This document shows, piece by piece, positions 9,007 through 18,097 of a stretch of 45,883 nt of DNA. This stretch comes from Anaerolineales bacterium (GTDB lineage: Bacteria > Chloroflexota > Anaerolineae > Anaerolineales > JABWBV01). The stretch covers positions 1 through 45,883 of the forward strand of contig JABWBV010000002.1 in the NCBI GenBank assembly GCA_013359445.1, in the 5' to 3' direction. Position 1 is the first letter of the stretch; each line of letters starts with the position of its first letter. The notes under the pieces are model-generated. The model saw only the letters and a program-made list of their open reading frames with translations, had not been told where the DNA came from and searched no databases. A program made the position numbers and the translations under genes.

Positions 9007-10380
9007 TTACGAATGATACGAAGGTGTGGCATTCAAGCAGGATTTTACCGCGTGAAGAAGGTTTTCGTCTTGTTCGTCTAAAACGGTTCGCGGATCGAAT
9101 ACGACTTGATCGTTTTCGACACGGGCGATGAGGGGCGGGGTGGCTTTGCGGAGGGTGGAGAGGAATCGTTGGGGGGAGGGGACTTTGAGGGCAAGGAGGG
9201 TGGTGAGGAGGGTTTCGCCGGGGAGACTGCCACCGCCGATGGTGGATTCACCGGAGATCAGTTCGCCCGTCCCGAGGGCGTCGCGCCAGGTTTGCGCGCG
9301 GGTGCGGATCGCGTCCGGGGTCAGGCTGATCATCCGCCAGATGGGGATTTCGCGTGCGGCTTCGCCTTTCAAATAGTGGAGCAGGGTGGCGGAGAGGGCG
9401 GCGTAGGTGAGTTTGTCGGCGCGGAGGGCGCGGGCGAGGGGGTGTTTTTTGAGTTTGGCGACTAAATCGGCGCGCCCGGCGATGATGCCTGCCTGGGGGC
9501 CGCCGAGGAGTTTGTCGCCGGAGAAGGTGACGAGGTCTACGCCCGCGGCGAGGGATTCTTGGACGGTGGGTTCGTGGGTGAGCGTCGCTCCGCTTACAAG
9601 CGCGGTGTCGAGGAAGGTGCCGGAGCCGAGGTCTTCGACGTAGGGGAGGTGGTGGGCGTGGGCGAGGGTGGCGAGTTCGGCGCGGGTGGGTTCGGTGTGG
9701 AAGCCGAGGATGCGGAAGTTGGATTGGTGGGCGGAGAGGAGGAGGGCGATGGGTTGTTCGGCGAGGGCGGTTTCGTAGTCGCGGAGGTGGACGCGGTTCG
9801 TCGCGCCGATTTCGACGAGTTTGGCCCCGGATTGGGCCATCACGTCGGGGATGCGGAACCCGCCGCCGATTTCGACGAGTTGGGTGCGGGAGATGAGGAC
9901 TCGGCGACGTTTGGCGAGGGCGGAGAGGACAAGCATGACCGCGGCGGCGTTGTTGTTGACGACGAGGGCGGCCTCGGCCCCGGTGAGGCGTTTGAGCAGG
10001 TCTTCGGCGTGGTCGTAGCGGGAGCCGCGTTGGCCTTTGGGGAGGTCGTATTCGAGGTTGGTGTAGCCGAGCGCGGCGGTTTGCATGGCCTGGATGGCGG
10101 CGCGGCTGAGGGGGGCGCGGCCCAAGTTGGTGTGGATGATGACGCCGGTGGCGTTGATGACGGGTTGGAGGGTGGGGGTTGTCCAGGTGTGGAGGAGGTG
10201 GGTCGCGCGGGCGATCAAAGCATCGGGATCGGGGGCCTCGCCGCCAGAGGTTTGGAGGCGGGTGCGGGTTTCGTCGAGGGTGGCGCGGAGGGCGTCGGTG
10301 GTGAGGGGGCGTCCGAATTCGAGGAGGAGGGGTTCGGAGAGGGTGAGGAGGCGGTCTATGGAGGGGAGATTTCGGAGCAT
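9007..10380 (-). CDS. selA: L-seryl-tRNA(Sec) selenium transferase
   Basis: Start taken at MLRNLPSIDRLL; VINATGVIIHTNLGRAPL, VVNNNAAAV, LVEIGGGFRIPDVM, FSGDKLLGGPQAG (PLP lysine). Confidence 0.96.
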   Translation of the reverse strand: MLRNLPSIDRLLTLSEPLLLEFGRPLTTDALRATLDETRTRLQTSGGEAPDPDALIARATHLLHTWTTPTLQPVINATGVIIHTNLGRAPLSRAAIQAMQTAALGYTNLEYDLPKGQRGSRYDHAEDLLKRLTGAEAALVVNNNAAAVMLVLSALAKRRRVLISRTQLVEIGGGFRIPDVMAQSGAKLVEIGATNRVHLRDYETALAEQPIALLLSAHQSNFRILGFHTEPTRAELATLAHAHHLPYVEDLGSGTFLDTALVSGATLTHEPTVQESLAAGVDLVTFSGDKLLGGPQAGIIAGRADLVAKLKKHPLARALRADKLTYAALSATLLHYLKGEAAREIPIWRMISLTPDAIRTRAQTWRDALGTGELISGESTIGGGSLPGETLLTTLLALKVPSPQRFLSTLRKATPPLIARVENDQVVFDPRTVLDEQDENLLHAVKSCLNATPSYHS

Positions 10381-10403
10381 AGGAAGGTTAGGAGGAGGAA
10401 GGT

Positions 10404-10835
10404 TTATCGCCAAATCAGGATGGCGCGTTTTCGATTCATTTCCCAGGCTTGTTCAAAGGGCGCGCGAGGGGAAGATTTGCGGCCAAATATTGGATCGAGA
10501 TAATCCACCATATCTTCGTGGATATTTTCAAGCACAACGGCATGATTTACCCACAACGCATGAAGGGGGTATAAATTGAGGAGGGCGATGGGGTAAATTC
10601 CTTCCGAAAGCCAGGCTTGCAGTTTTTGCCAGGGGACATCACGTAATTCTTCTGCGGACAAATTGTATTGCCGCGCGCAAGCGACCACTTCACTTGCACG
10701 TGTCCCTTGTTGGGTGGTTTTACAACATAAGCGTAACATGGATTCGTCAGATTCAATTCCCCAATGGAAAAGCACCATTCGTAGACAGGCGACTGTACAA
10801 GAAACACGCGTTTCTTGTGGGAAAAAAGTTAACAC
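10404..10835 (-). CDS. Stand-alone C39-family cysteine peptidase domain
   Basis: PQETRVSCTVACLRMVL (Q..C), HAVV, YLDP..G, FEQAW; no signal peptide. Confidence 0.8.
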   Translation of the reverse strand: MLTFFPQETRVSCTVACLRMVLFHWGIESDESMLRLCCKTTQQGTRASEVVACARQYNLSAEELRDVPWQKLQAWLSEGIYPIALLNLYPLHALWVNHAVVLENIHEDMVDYLDPIFGRKSSPRAPFEQAWEMNRKRAILIWR

Positions 10836-11176
10836 TAAACCCCCGGCAAACGTACCGATGCAAAAGCGGTTTCCAAGTTTGCCCCATTTTCTGTATTCAA
10901 GCGGTCAACATTTGCCTCAATGTCTTCCACGGTTGTCCACGCTGTGATGTGTCCAAATTCTTCGTCTACCACCAAAACCCCAACCGTGCCGACGATGCCG
11001 TAACCGGGTGAGGTGAGAACGAGTGGAACCACCCACCCAGAATGAAGAGCGGAGACCACATGCCAGGGAGAACCAATGCTAATTTGATCGCCAAGATGAT
11101 CGGCTACGAAATCTTCACCAATGCGTTGGGCGTCTTGTTGGGTAATTTGGGTAGTTTTTAATAGGGGGGTAACCAT
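10835..11176 (-). CDS. Hypothetical protein (113 aa)
   Basis: Stop overlaps the C39 start (TAGTG); GGAG upstream; globular alpha/beta-like sequence. Confidence 0.75.
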   Translation of the reverse strand: MVTPLLKTTQITQQDAQRIGEDFVADHLGDQISIGSPWHVVSALHSGWVVPLVLTSPGYGIVGTVGVLVVDEEFGHITAWTTVEDIEANVDRLNTENGANLETAFASVRLPGV

Positions 11177-11179
11177 TTT

Positions 11180-11338
11180 TTAGGCTCCAATCTCATGCTC
11201 AGAGGTAATTTCAAACTCCATATCCAATGCATTGGGATCATCAAACTCAGTGAAATCATGCGTGTCCCAAAACTCTCCCATTTCTTCGTAAGAACTGGCC
11301 TTTGAAATACTGCTGAGAGGCTTACTTTCTTCTTCCAT
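11180..11338 (-). CDS. 52-aa acidic peptide resembling the N-terminus of CopG/BrnA-type antitoxins
   Basis: Below the ORF-track cutoff. MEEESKPLSSISKASSYEEMGEFWDTHDFTEFDDPNALDMEFEITSEHEIGA; EFWDTHD motif; ends 3 nt before the next ATG. Confidence 0.7.
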   Translation of the reverse strand: MEEESKPLSSISKASSYEEMGEFWDTHDFTEFDDPNALDMEFEITSEHEIGA

Positions 11339-11362
11339 TTTCTTTGAGTATATCACACCCCC

Positions 11363-11713
11363 CTACCCTTGATGTTCCAACCCCAACTCCGCCGCCAACG
11401 CATAAAACCGCTTTGCCTCCTCCACCTTCCCCAACTCCTCATACGATTTCCCCATGTTGACATACAACGACGGATAAAACGCCTTCACCCGTTCGTCGTT
11501 CACGGCGTCTGCCCGGTTGAGCGCTTCCTGATTCCAACGAAAGGTCTCTTCGGGCGTGTCCTGAAAGCGGGCGACGTAATGGGCGGCGATGCAGGCTTCG
11601 TAGTCGTCGGTGGCGGAGTTCCAGGCTTGTTGGTAGAGGGCGCGGGCATCGTCGGGGCGGTGTTGGTATTCGGCTTCGGTGCCCTGGATGCAGAGTTGGA
11701 GGGCGAGACTCAC
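11363..11713 (-). CDS. Small TPR-like helical protein
   Basis: Start taken at GTG overlapping the upstream TGA; ARALYQQAW..DDYEACIAAHYVAR..FYPSLYVNMGKSYEELG. Confidence 0.75.
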   Translation of the reverse strand: MSLALQLCIQGTEAEYQHRPDDARALYQQAWNSATDDYEACIAAHYVARFQDTPEETFRWNQEALNRADAVNDERVKAFYPSLYVNMGKSYEELGKVEEAKRFYALAAELGLEHQG

Positions 11714-12099
11714 GGCCTCCAAGCTCCTCTTTCCCTCAGCCGCAACAGCCACTCCACCAACCCCAACCCCGCGGCGATCCACAACGCGAGCGGAAACGTG
11801 ACCACGCGCCCGATCTGGAGCCAGGCCAGGATGCACCCGTACAGACCGATCCACGTCGCCTGCCGGATGATGACGGCCTGAGTAGCCGGGGCTTCGCTGG
11901 GAAAACGGCGGTTGAGAAACGCCATCACCGGCAGGGAAACCCCGGTCAGCAGGAGGAACCAGCACAAGAAAAAGAGCCACCGCGGGCCAACGGTTGGCAG
12001 GGTGTAAATCAACAGCCAACCGAGGCCCGCAAGGCCCAGGCCGCCTAACAGAATGGAGGCCGGGAGAAATTTAATGACAGGGGGAGAAGTATTTTCCAT
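11710..12099 (-). CDS. Hypothetical 4-TM membrane protein
   Basis: Four hydrophobic segments; overlaps both neighbours. Confidence 0.75.
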   Translation of the reverse strand: MENTSPPVIKFLPASILLGGLGLAGLGWLLIYTLPTVGPRWLFFLCWFLLLTGVSLPVMAFLNRRFPSEAPATQAVIIRQATWIGLYGCILAWLQIGRVVTFPLALWIAAGLGLVEWLLRLRERGAWRP

Positions 12100-13274
12100 T
12101 ACCCCTCAAAAATCGCCACCTGCGTCTTTCCGGTGGACGGATCAGCCGTAATCGTCACGGTGGCAGTTTTCCCATCTTTGGTGAAGGTAAGCGTCACCAG
12201 GCCGGGCAGGGTGATTTCTTCGCCCATCGTCCATCCGGCGGCAACCAGTTCGGTTTTGTAGAAAGTGGTCAGTTCTTCGACCGTTTTCCCTGAAGAATAC
12301 GTCGTGATGCCGGTCATCGAAAACAGATCGGCGGCGTCATCGGGAAGGGGGTAATCACTGCTTCCAGTGGTCACGCCTCCGCCCGCGTCCTCGGTGCATC
12401 CTGCGGGGATGGCAATGTTCACGGGTTGGTTGTAATCGGAGTAATTGATTTCGTAATGCACATCCCCGATCAAATCCGAGACTTCACTGGCCACGGTGTT
12501 TTTCCCGCGCCCATCCATCACAAGCCGCACGATGTAGCCCCCATCTTGGGCCAGATAGAGCCGCCCGAAGGTGATTTCGGTCACTTCCTGCGTGGTGGGG
12601 TCGCTGGTGTCGAGGTTGGCTGAGGTGATTTCGTACACGTACACGGGGATGCCGTTGATGGTTTCATCCGGTTGGATACGGGTGGCTTGTCCGGTCAGGA
12701 ACCCGCCCGTGTCCAGCAATTCTTCGTAAGGATTGCTCGTTTCCGCCTCGTCCACGGGCAGGGAGAAACACCCCAGATCGGGACTGGACATGTATAGATT
12801 GTTGTCCATTTGAACGATTTCGATGGTGCCTGCGGGCACGTCGGCGCTAGACGTTTGGAAGATAAAACTCAGTTGCGCCGGGTCCACGGAATAGGCGCCT
12901 TCCCCTTGAATCGAACCGTTGATGGGGGTGCCATCGGGGGCCTGCCCGGAAAAGGTGAATACCAGGTTGAGACGGTAGGAATTGACCTCGGCAGGGGCGG
13001 CAAAAAAGGTGGGATCATCCAGGTTGAGGCTATCGGCGCCCGCAGTGGTGCCCTGCCCGGAATCGCCGCCCTCGGGGGCCGGGGTGGGGTTGGTCACATC
13101 CGGGACGGTGACGGTGGGTATTTCAACCGAAGGAATTTCCACCGTGGGAATATCTACGGTGGGCACGATCACAGTCGGGATGGTGGGGTTTCCTCCTGAC
13201 AGAGTGGCACAAGCCAGGGATGCCAACATTAAAACCAATAAGGGAACAAGAAAGCGGTATATTTTTGTGTTCAT
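12099..13274 (-). CDS. Acidic lipoprotein with xPTVx pentapeptide linker
   Basis: AGGAG RBS, MNTKIYRFLVPLLVLMLASLAC lipobox, IPTVIVPTVDIPTVEIPSVEIPTV repeat. Confidence 0.8.
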   Translation of the reverse strand: MNTKIYRFLVPLLVLMLASLACATLSGGNPTIPTVIVPTVDIPTVEIPSVEIPTVTVPDVTNPTPAPEGGDSGQGTTAGADSLNLDDPTFFAAPAEVNSYRLNLVFTFSGQAPDGTPINGSIQGEGAYSVDPAQLSFIFQTSSADVPAGTIEIVQMDNNLYMSSPDLGCFSLPVDEAETSNPYEELLDTGGFLTGQATRIQPDETINGIPVYVYEITSANLDTSDPTTQEVTEITFGRLYLAQDGGYIVRLVMDGRGKNTVASEVSDLIGDVHYEINYSDYNQPVNIAIPAGCTEDAGGGVTTGSSDYPLPDDAADLFSMTGITTYSSGKTVEELTTFYKTELVAAGWTMGEEITLPGLVTLTFTKDGKTATVTITADPSTGKTQVAIFEG

Positions 13275-13339
13275 AAAAACTCCTGTGGATACTGTAAACC
13301 AGTATAATTGATTTTCAAATCTTTTTACGGATAAGTAAG

Positions 13340-14209
13340 ATGACAGTTTCTGAACCCAAGACCCTCGTAGTAATTTTAGCCCATCCCGATGATGAATCTT
13401 TTGGCATGGGGGGGACTCTGGCCCTGTATGCAAGACAAGGCGCAAAAGTCTATTACATTTGCATGACCGGCGGAGAAAGTGGCACGGTGGACCCTCATTT
13501 TTTGGAGAAGTACAGTTCGATTGCCGACCTCCGTTACGACGAACTTAAATGTGCCTCAGAAAAACTCGGGTTGGCGGGCTTTCTCATGGCCGGATACCGT
13601 GACTCCGGGATGCCCGGCACGCCCGATAACGCCCACCCCGCCGCGTTGGTGAACCAGCCGGTGGAAGCCGTGGCCGCGCGGCTGGTGCATTTCATCCGGG
13701 AACTACGCCCGCAAGTGATCGTCACCCACGACCCGATCGGGGGGTACAAACACCCCGATCACATTGCCACCCACCACGCGGTCCTGCGCGCGTTTCACAC
13801 CGCCGGAGACGCCTCCGCCTACCCTGCCGAACCCTTGCCCCCGTTCGCCCCGCAGAAGTTGTACTACACCACGTTTCCCAAAATGTGGATGAGACTCCTG
13901 GTGTGGCTTATGCCTTTGTTTGGGCAAAACCCGCGTCGGTTTGGACGAAACAAAGATATTGACATCCTCTCGTTGGTAGAAGAAGGCGATTTTCCTATCC
14001 ACACCCGTGTGGATTACACCGCGGTCGCAGGCATCCGGGACGCGGCCTCTGCGTGTCATGCCAGTCAGCTGGAGGGTGGCCCGCCCAGGCGTGGCCTCGT
14101 CAGTTGGCTTTTTCGCCTGATGCGGCAAAAAGACACCTACATGCGCGCCCACCCGCCCGCAGAAAACAGCCTGCGAGAACGCGATTTGTTCGAGGGGGTC
14201 AGTGGGTAA
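13340..14209 (+). CDS. PIG-L/LmbE family deacetylase (MshB/Mca-like)
   Basis: AHPDDE, GYRDSGM, GGYKHPDH, CHASQ. Confidence 0.92.
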   Translation: MTVSEPKTLVVILAHPDDESFGMGGTLALYARQGAKVYYICMTGGESGTVDPHFLEKYSSIADLRYDELKCASEKLGLAGFLMAGYRDSGMPGTPDNAHPAALVNQPVEAVAARLVHFIRELRPQVIVTHDPIGGYKHPDHIATHHAVLRAFHTAGDASAYPAEPLPPFAPQKLYYTTFPKMWMRLLVWLMPLFGQNPRRFGRNKDIDILSLVEEGDFPIHTRVDYTAVAGIRDAASACHASQLEGGPPRRGLVSWLFRLMRQKDTYMRAHPPAENSLRERDLFEGVSG

Positions 14210-15521
14210 ATTTTTATTCACGACCCTGCCTTCCAACGATTTGGGGTTATTGACGCGTTCTCTGCCTCTCGCGCACGAACTACGCACGCGGGGCCATCAC
14301 ATTGTCTTTTGCAGTCCCGCCCCCGCGCCTTCTCGTCTCATTGCGGAGGCCGGGCTTACGAACCTGCGCCCCCGCGACCCCTTCTACGCCCTCGTCTCCG
14401 GGGATTTTCGCCCGACAACCTTCGCCCATCTGTTGCGTGCCCCACGCGCGGCATTCAAACTCGCCCTGTTGACCGGGTTCGCCCGGCAGATGTTGCGCCT
14501 CACCAGCGAAATCTGGCACATGGATCACTTTATAGCATTATTGGGGGGGCAAAATGAAAATTTTGTTCAACTCAATGTTGAGCTACTGGTCAGCCTGATC
14601 GAGGAAACCCAACCGGACGCTGTGGTAGATTTCTGGAACCCGTTCGCCTGCCTGGCCGCGCGCGTGGCGCAGAAACCCCTCATCACCGTCATCCAGGCGG
14701 ATATGCACCCCCTCAGCCAGGGGTTCATCTGGTGGAAACCCCCACCCCCCCACCTCCCCACCGCCCTCCCCGCCTTCAACCGGGTACGGCACACGTTCGG
14801 CCTCCCCCCCCTGCACGGGATCAGCGACCTGTTCCTCGGCGATCAAACCCTTCTCCTCGGCACGCCCGAAACCGATCCCCTGCCCCCCCACGCCGCAGGG
14901 ACATACATTGGCCCGATCTTGTGGCAGTCTCCTAAAGAAAACCTTCCCGCCTGGGTCGAATCCCCGCCCCCTGCCCCACCCCTGATCTGGGTTTACTCCG
15001 GCAATCCCCGGTACGCGCCCGGCGTGCGAACTGCGTTCGATTCCAGCGTCGTGCTTTCCGCGTGCATCGAGGCTTTACGGGACGAACCTGTCCGGGTGGC
15101 GCTCAGTACTGGGCATCACCTCCTGCCCCGCAAATTTCTTCCCCTGCCCGATAATTTTCACTACGCGCCCTACCTCCCTGGCCTCGCGATGGCGGAGCGC
15201 AGTGCCCTGCTTGTTCATCATGGCGGGTACGGCTCTTGCCAAACCGGGTTGTATACCGGCACTCCGGCGCTCATCCTGCCCACCTATTCCGAGCGCGAAT
15301 CCAACGCCCGCCGCGTTGCCGCCCTCGGCGCGGGCGAAATGCTCCTCCCCGAAATTGGCAACGGGGGCAAAAAGACCGTCAGCCCCCTGGAGTTTCGCGC
15401 GAAGGTACGCCAACTTCTTTCCACCCCTGCATATAAAGAAAATGCCATGAATATCCGGGAAAAACTTCGTCGTTACGGTGGCCCCGCTCAAGCCGCCGAC
15501 CTAATCCTCGCCGCCCTCTAA
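14202..15521 (+). CDS. GT1/MGT-type glycosyltransferase
   Basis: LAHELRTRGHHIVF, VHHGGYGS..TGLYTGTPALILP, NARRVAALGAG. Confidence 0.85.
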   Translation: MGKFLFTTLPSNDLGLLTRSLPLAHELRTRGHHIVFCSPAPAPSRLIAEAGLTNLRPRDPFYALVSGDFRPTTFAHLLRAPRAAFKLALLTGFARQMLRLTSEIWHMDHFIALLGGQNENFVQLNVELLVSLIEETQPDAVVDFWNPFACLAARVAQKPLITVIQADMHPLSQGFIWWKPPPPHLPTALPAFNRVRHTFGLPPLHGISDLFLGDQTLLLGTPETDPLPPHAAGTYIGPILWQSPKENLPAWVESPPPAPPLIWVYSGNPRYAPGVRTAFDSSVVLSACIEALRDEPVRVALSTGHHLLPRKFLPLPDNFHYAPYLPGLAMAERSALLVHHGGYGSCQTGLYTGTPALILPTYSERESNARRVAALGAGEMLLPEIGNGGKKTVSPLEFRAKVRQLLSTPAYKENAMNIREKLRRYGGPAQAADLILAAL

Positions 15522-15536
15522 CCTTACGCTCTGCGT

Positions 15537-15821
15537 TCAACACGTCTCCCCCTCGTCATCCACATAACAAAAATCGCCCTGAAACATCCGCCATTGCGCG
15601 GCGAATTTCTCAAAATCGCGGAGAAATTTCGTCAACGCCTCCTGCCCGAACGCCATCCGTTCTCCATCTCGCAAAACCGGAAGGGTCACCGTTTCCCCGA
15701 ACCGTTGCGCGGCCTCGGTCGGGGTCAGGATCACGCGGTCATATGCCACCACCATCTCTCGCAATTCTGCCTCCACCCAATCACCTGCAGGACTATTTTC
15801 TTCTCGAAAGACTTCTAACAT
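15537..15821 (-). CDS. Hypothetical protein (possible thioredoxin/glutaredoxin-like fold, C-terminal Cys pair)
   Basis: 94 aa; LPVLRDGE segment; ends FQGDFCYVDDEGETC. Confidence 0.7.
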   Translation of the reverse strand: MLEVFREENSPAGDWVEAELREMVVAYDRVILTPTEAAQRFGETVTLPVLRDGERMAFGQEALTKFLRDFEKFAAQWRMFQGDFCYVDDEGETC

Positions 15822-15827
15822 CCGTTC

Positions 15828-16232
15828 TTAAGGCAAAAACTGCTCAATATAGTTCAAATACCCCTGCGGTCCACCTTCTTTTGTCCATAGGCGGAGTGAC
15901 TTTCGCAGGCGTTTCAGGCAAGCGAGAATCACTTCGTGTGACACGGGGGGAATCTCCGGGCTAGATGTACCTTCTTCGTTTTCGAGGGAGGCGCGGCCCA
16001 AACGCCATTCGCACATCGTTTGGACTTGCTCGTAAACCATACGCGTAACAGGATTTTGGGGAATCACTGCCGCCCGTCCGCGTAGCTCGCCCATATACGT
16101 GCGTTCGAGCGCTTCGAGTGCGTTATCCACATTGGCATCTGCCAACGTCTGGTTTTGGCGATACACAGAATGGATTGCCATTTCCATATTCTGCAAAATA
16201 TCCATATATTCTTCTTCAACATTTTGAATCAT
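15828..16232 (-). CDS. Hypothetical helical protein
   Basis: AGGAG RBS; 134 aa; co-oriented 6 nt from the next gene. Confidence 0.75.
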   Translation of the reverse strand: MIQNVEEEYMDILQNMEMAIHSVYRQNQTLADANVDNALEALERTYMGELRGRAAVIPQNPVTRMVYEQVQTMCEWRLGRASLENEEGTSSPEIPPVSHEVILACLKRLRKSLRLWTKEGGPQGYLNYIEQFLP

Positions 16233-16275
16233 CGTTTTCTCCTGGTAATAGACGCAATTTCAGTAGACGGGCCAG

Positions 16276-16320
16276 AGTGACGATTTCAATCGTTCCCCTA
16301 ACGCCGGAAGTCGTCGCTAC
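16276..16320. repeat. Degenerate GTAG-type REP-like palindrome
   Basis: agtgacgatttcaatcgtt..aacgccggaagtcgtcgctac, similar to 25201-25248. Confidence 0.6.
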
Positions 16321-16356
16321 CAAATTGTGGTAATTACTCACCAGCGTAGAAGCTTC

Positions 16357-16410
16357 CGAAAAAAAGGATGGATGGGGGGATAGACATCCCCCCATCCATC
16401 CTTTTTTTCG
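16357..16410. terminator. Perfect 25-bp hairpin with A/T tails (terminator-like)
   Basis: cgaaaaaaaggatggatggggggat-agac-atccccccatccatcctttttttcg. Confidence 0.8.
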
Positions 16411-16564
16411 AGACGACCCCTGTCAAGGGTGAGTAACGACAAAATTGTGATCGATTTTGCGGAATTTAGTACAGCGTAAAGTAAGTTTTGGTAAGTTTGT
16501 AAACGGGTAAAACTTCAGAAAACTTCCTTTACAAACCATTTAGGCGTGTTTTTCATTTTGCGTT

Positions 16565-17950
16565 TTATGCTTTACTTTCTAGTTCCGAGGCCTTGATCGC
16601 CAACCCGCCGACAATCGTCTCAAAGGGATTTAACGCTCGCAGGCGTTCGGCGCCAAACCGCTGGGCCAGCATTTCGATGAATGCGGGGATTTCGGCACTG
16701 CCACCAGTACGGAGAACGGCGTGAATCTGACCGGGGAGGAGACCGCTTTGGGCCAGGACCGCGTCTACCGCGTTTGCCGCCAGTTCCAATTCCTCGCGAA
16801 TCAGCCCTTCAAACTGGGCGCGGGTAATCCATTCGTCAATGTCGGTGCCATTGATCGTGAAGTGAATTTTGGTCTTCGTTTCTTTGGAAAGACGAATTTT
16901 GGCTTGTTCCAACTCCTGAAAGAGCGCGAACCCCAGGTTGGCACGCACCAGTTTTTCGAGCCGTTGAATGGCCTCGGGGTGACTGCCTTTTTTCCCCTGG
17001 ACGAACACGTTGTAGTAGCGGGGGCGACTCAGATTCACCATCATTTGCCAGCTTTCCAGCATTTCGGTGACGTGGGCGGGTAGGGGCGAGCCGTCCGCCA
17101 GGGTCGCGCCCTCGCCGAAGTATCGTTTGAGGGGGCGGATCAACGCCCGGTCCAGATCATCGCCGCCGAGCAGGACCCCGTGCGTTGCCAGAATCTCTAG
17201 GGGTTCGTTGTTGCCCACTTTCATCACGGTCAAATCCAGGGTGCCGCCGCCAAAGTCAAAAACGAGCAGGTTTTCTCGGACGGGGGTTTGATGGTGGTAC
17301 ACGTAGGCCGCGGCAACGGGTTCGAGTTCAAAGTGGATTTTTTTGAACCCGGCAAAGAGCGCCGCCTGGCGTAAGATGGCTTCTGCTTTTTCGTCCGCGC
17401 CGGGTTCGTCGGAGAATTTGACTGGGCGGCCAATGGCGACCCCTTCGACGGGGTGGCCGAGCGTTTTTTCTGCGCTGTCCCGCATGGCGCGCATGATCAG
17501 GGCGATCAGGTCTTCGACGGGGTACAGGCGGTCAAACACCTGCACGCGCGGGGAATCCGAGCGCCCGTGGGTGAAGACGTTAGGGCGGCGCAGGGTGGTT
17601 TTGATAGATTGGAGCAGGCGTCCGTAGGCGGCGGTGTCCACCTCGGCGGTGACATCGCGGATTTCGTGTATGGCTTCGCCCCCTGTGCTGGGGACCCCGG
17701 CCCACACGTTTTCAATGGTTCCCACTTTGACCGTTTCCCAATATACGGGGCGGCCTGTTTCATTGGTTAGGTATTGCTCAATCGCTTCCTTGCCCAGAAA
17801 ATGATCATAACTGCGGATCAGGTAGATAAATGAGCGCAGGAGGTGAGGGTTGATATTTTTGGGGTCAATTTCAAAAAATTGAATTTGGCCCTTATCGAAA
17901 CGGGCTATGGATGAGTTGCTCGTTCCGAAATCCATGCCGACGTAGATCAA
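16565..17950 (-). CDS. Hsp70-family protein, YegD-like (ATPase domain only)
   Basis: TTG start with CAGGAG RBS; GMDFGTSNS, IGRPVKF, EPVAAA, VFDFGGGTLD, RTGGSA; no substrate-binding domain. Confidence 0.88.
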   Translation of the reverse strand: MIYVGMDFGTSNSSIARFDKGQIQFFEIDPKNINPHLLRSFIYLIRSYDHFLGKEAIEQYLTNETGRPVYWETVKVGTIENVWAGVPSTGGEAIHEIRDVTAEVDTAAYGRLLQSIKTTLRRPNVFTHGRSDSPRVQVFDRLYPVEDLIALIMRAMRDSAEKTLGHPVEGVAIGRPVKFSDEPGADEKAEAILRQAALFAGFKKIHFELEPVAAAYVYHHQTPVRENLLVFDFGGGTLDLTVMKVGNNEPLEILATHGVLLGGDDLDRALIRPLKRYFGEGATLADGSPLPAHVTEMLESWQMMVNLSRPRYYNVFVQGKKGSHPEAIQRLEKLVRANLGFALFQELEQAKIRLSKETKTKIHFTINGTDIDEWITRAQFEGLIREELELAANAVDAVLAQSGLLPGQIHAVLRTGGSAEIPAFIEMLAQRFGAERLRALNPFETIVGGLAIKASELESKA

Positions 17951-17982
17951 GGGGAACTCCTGAAAAATGATTTGAGTGGATG

Positions 17983-18097
17983 ATGTCATTCCGAACGTAG
18001 TGAGGAATCGCTGGCGCGACGGTGGCAACAGTCTGCCCGTTGGGGGAAATTCCTCGTTCCACGTTCCAGGGATTTCTCCCGTTGGTCGAAATGACAT
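17983..18097. repeat. MITE/REP-like element with terminal inverted repeats
   Basis: atgtcattccgaacgtagtgaggaatc ... gatttctcccgttggtcgaaatgacat. Confidence 0.6.

Noticed and set aside
11180-11338. 52-aa peptide as a double-glycine RiPP precursor for the C39 peptidase
   Set aside because: The GA is the extreme C-terminus with no core peptide after it, and the EFWDTHD motif points to an antitoxin origin.
15500-15545. C-terminal Cys-UGA of the 94-aa ORF as a selenocysteine codon (selA is nearby)
   Set aside because: No SECIS-like hairpin recognised, and read-through would run into the convergent glycosyltransferase gene.
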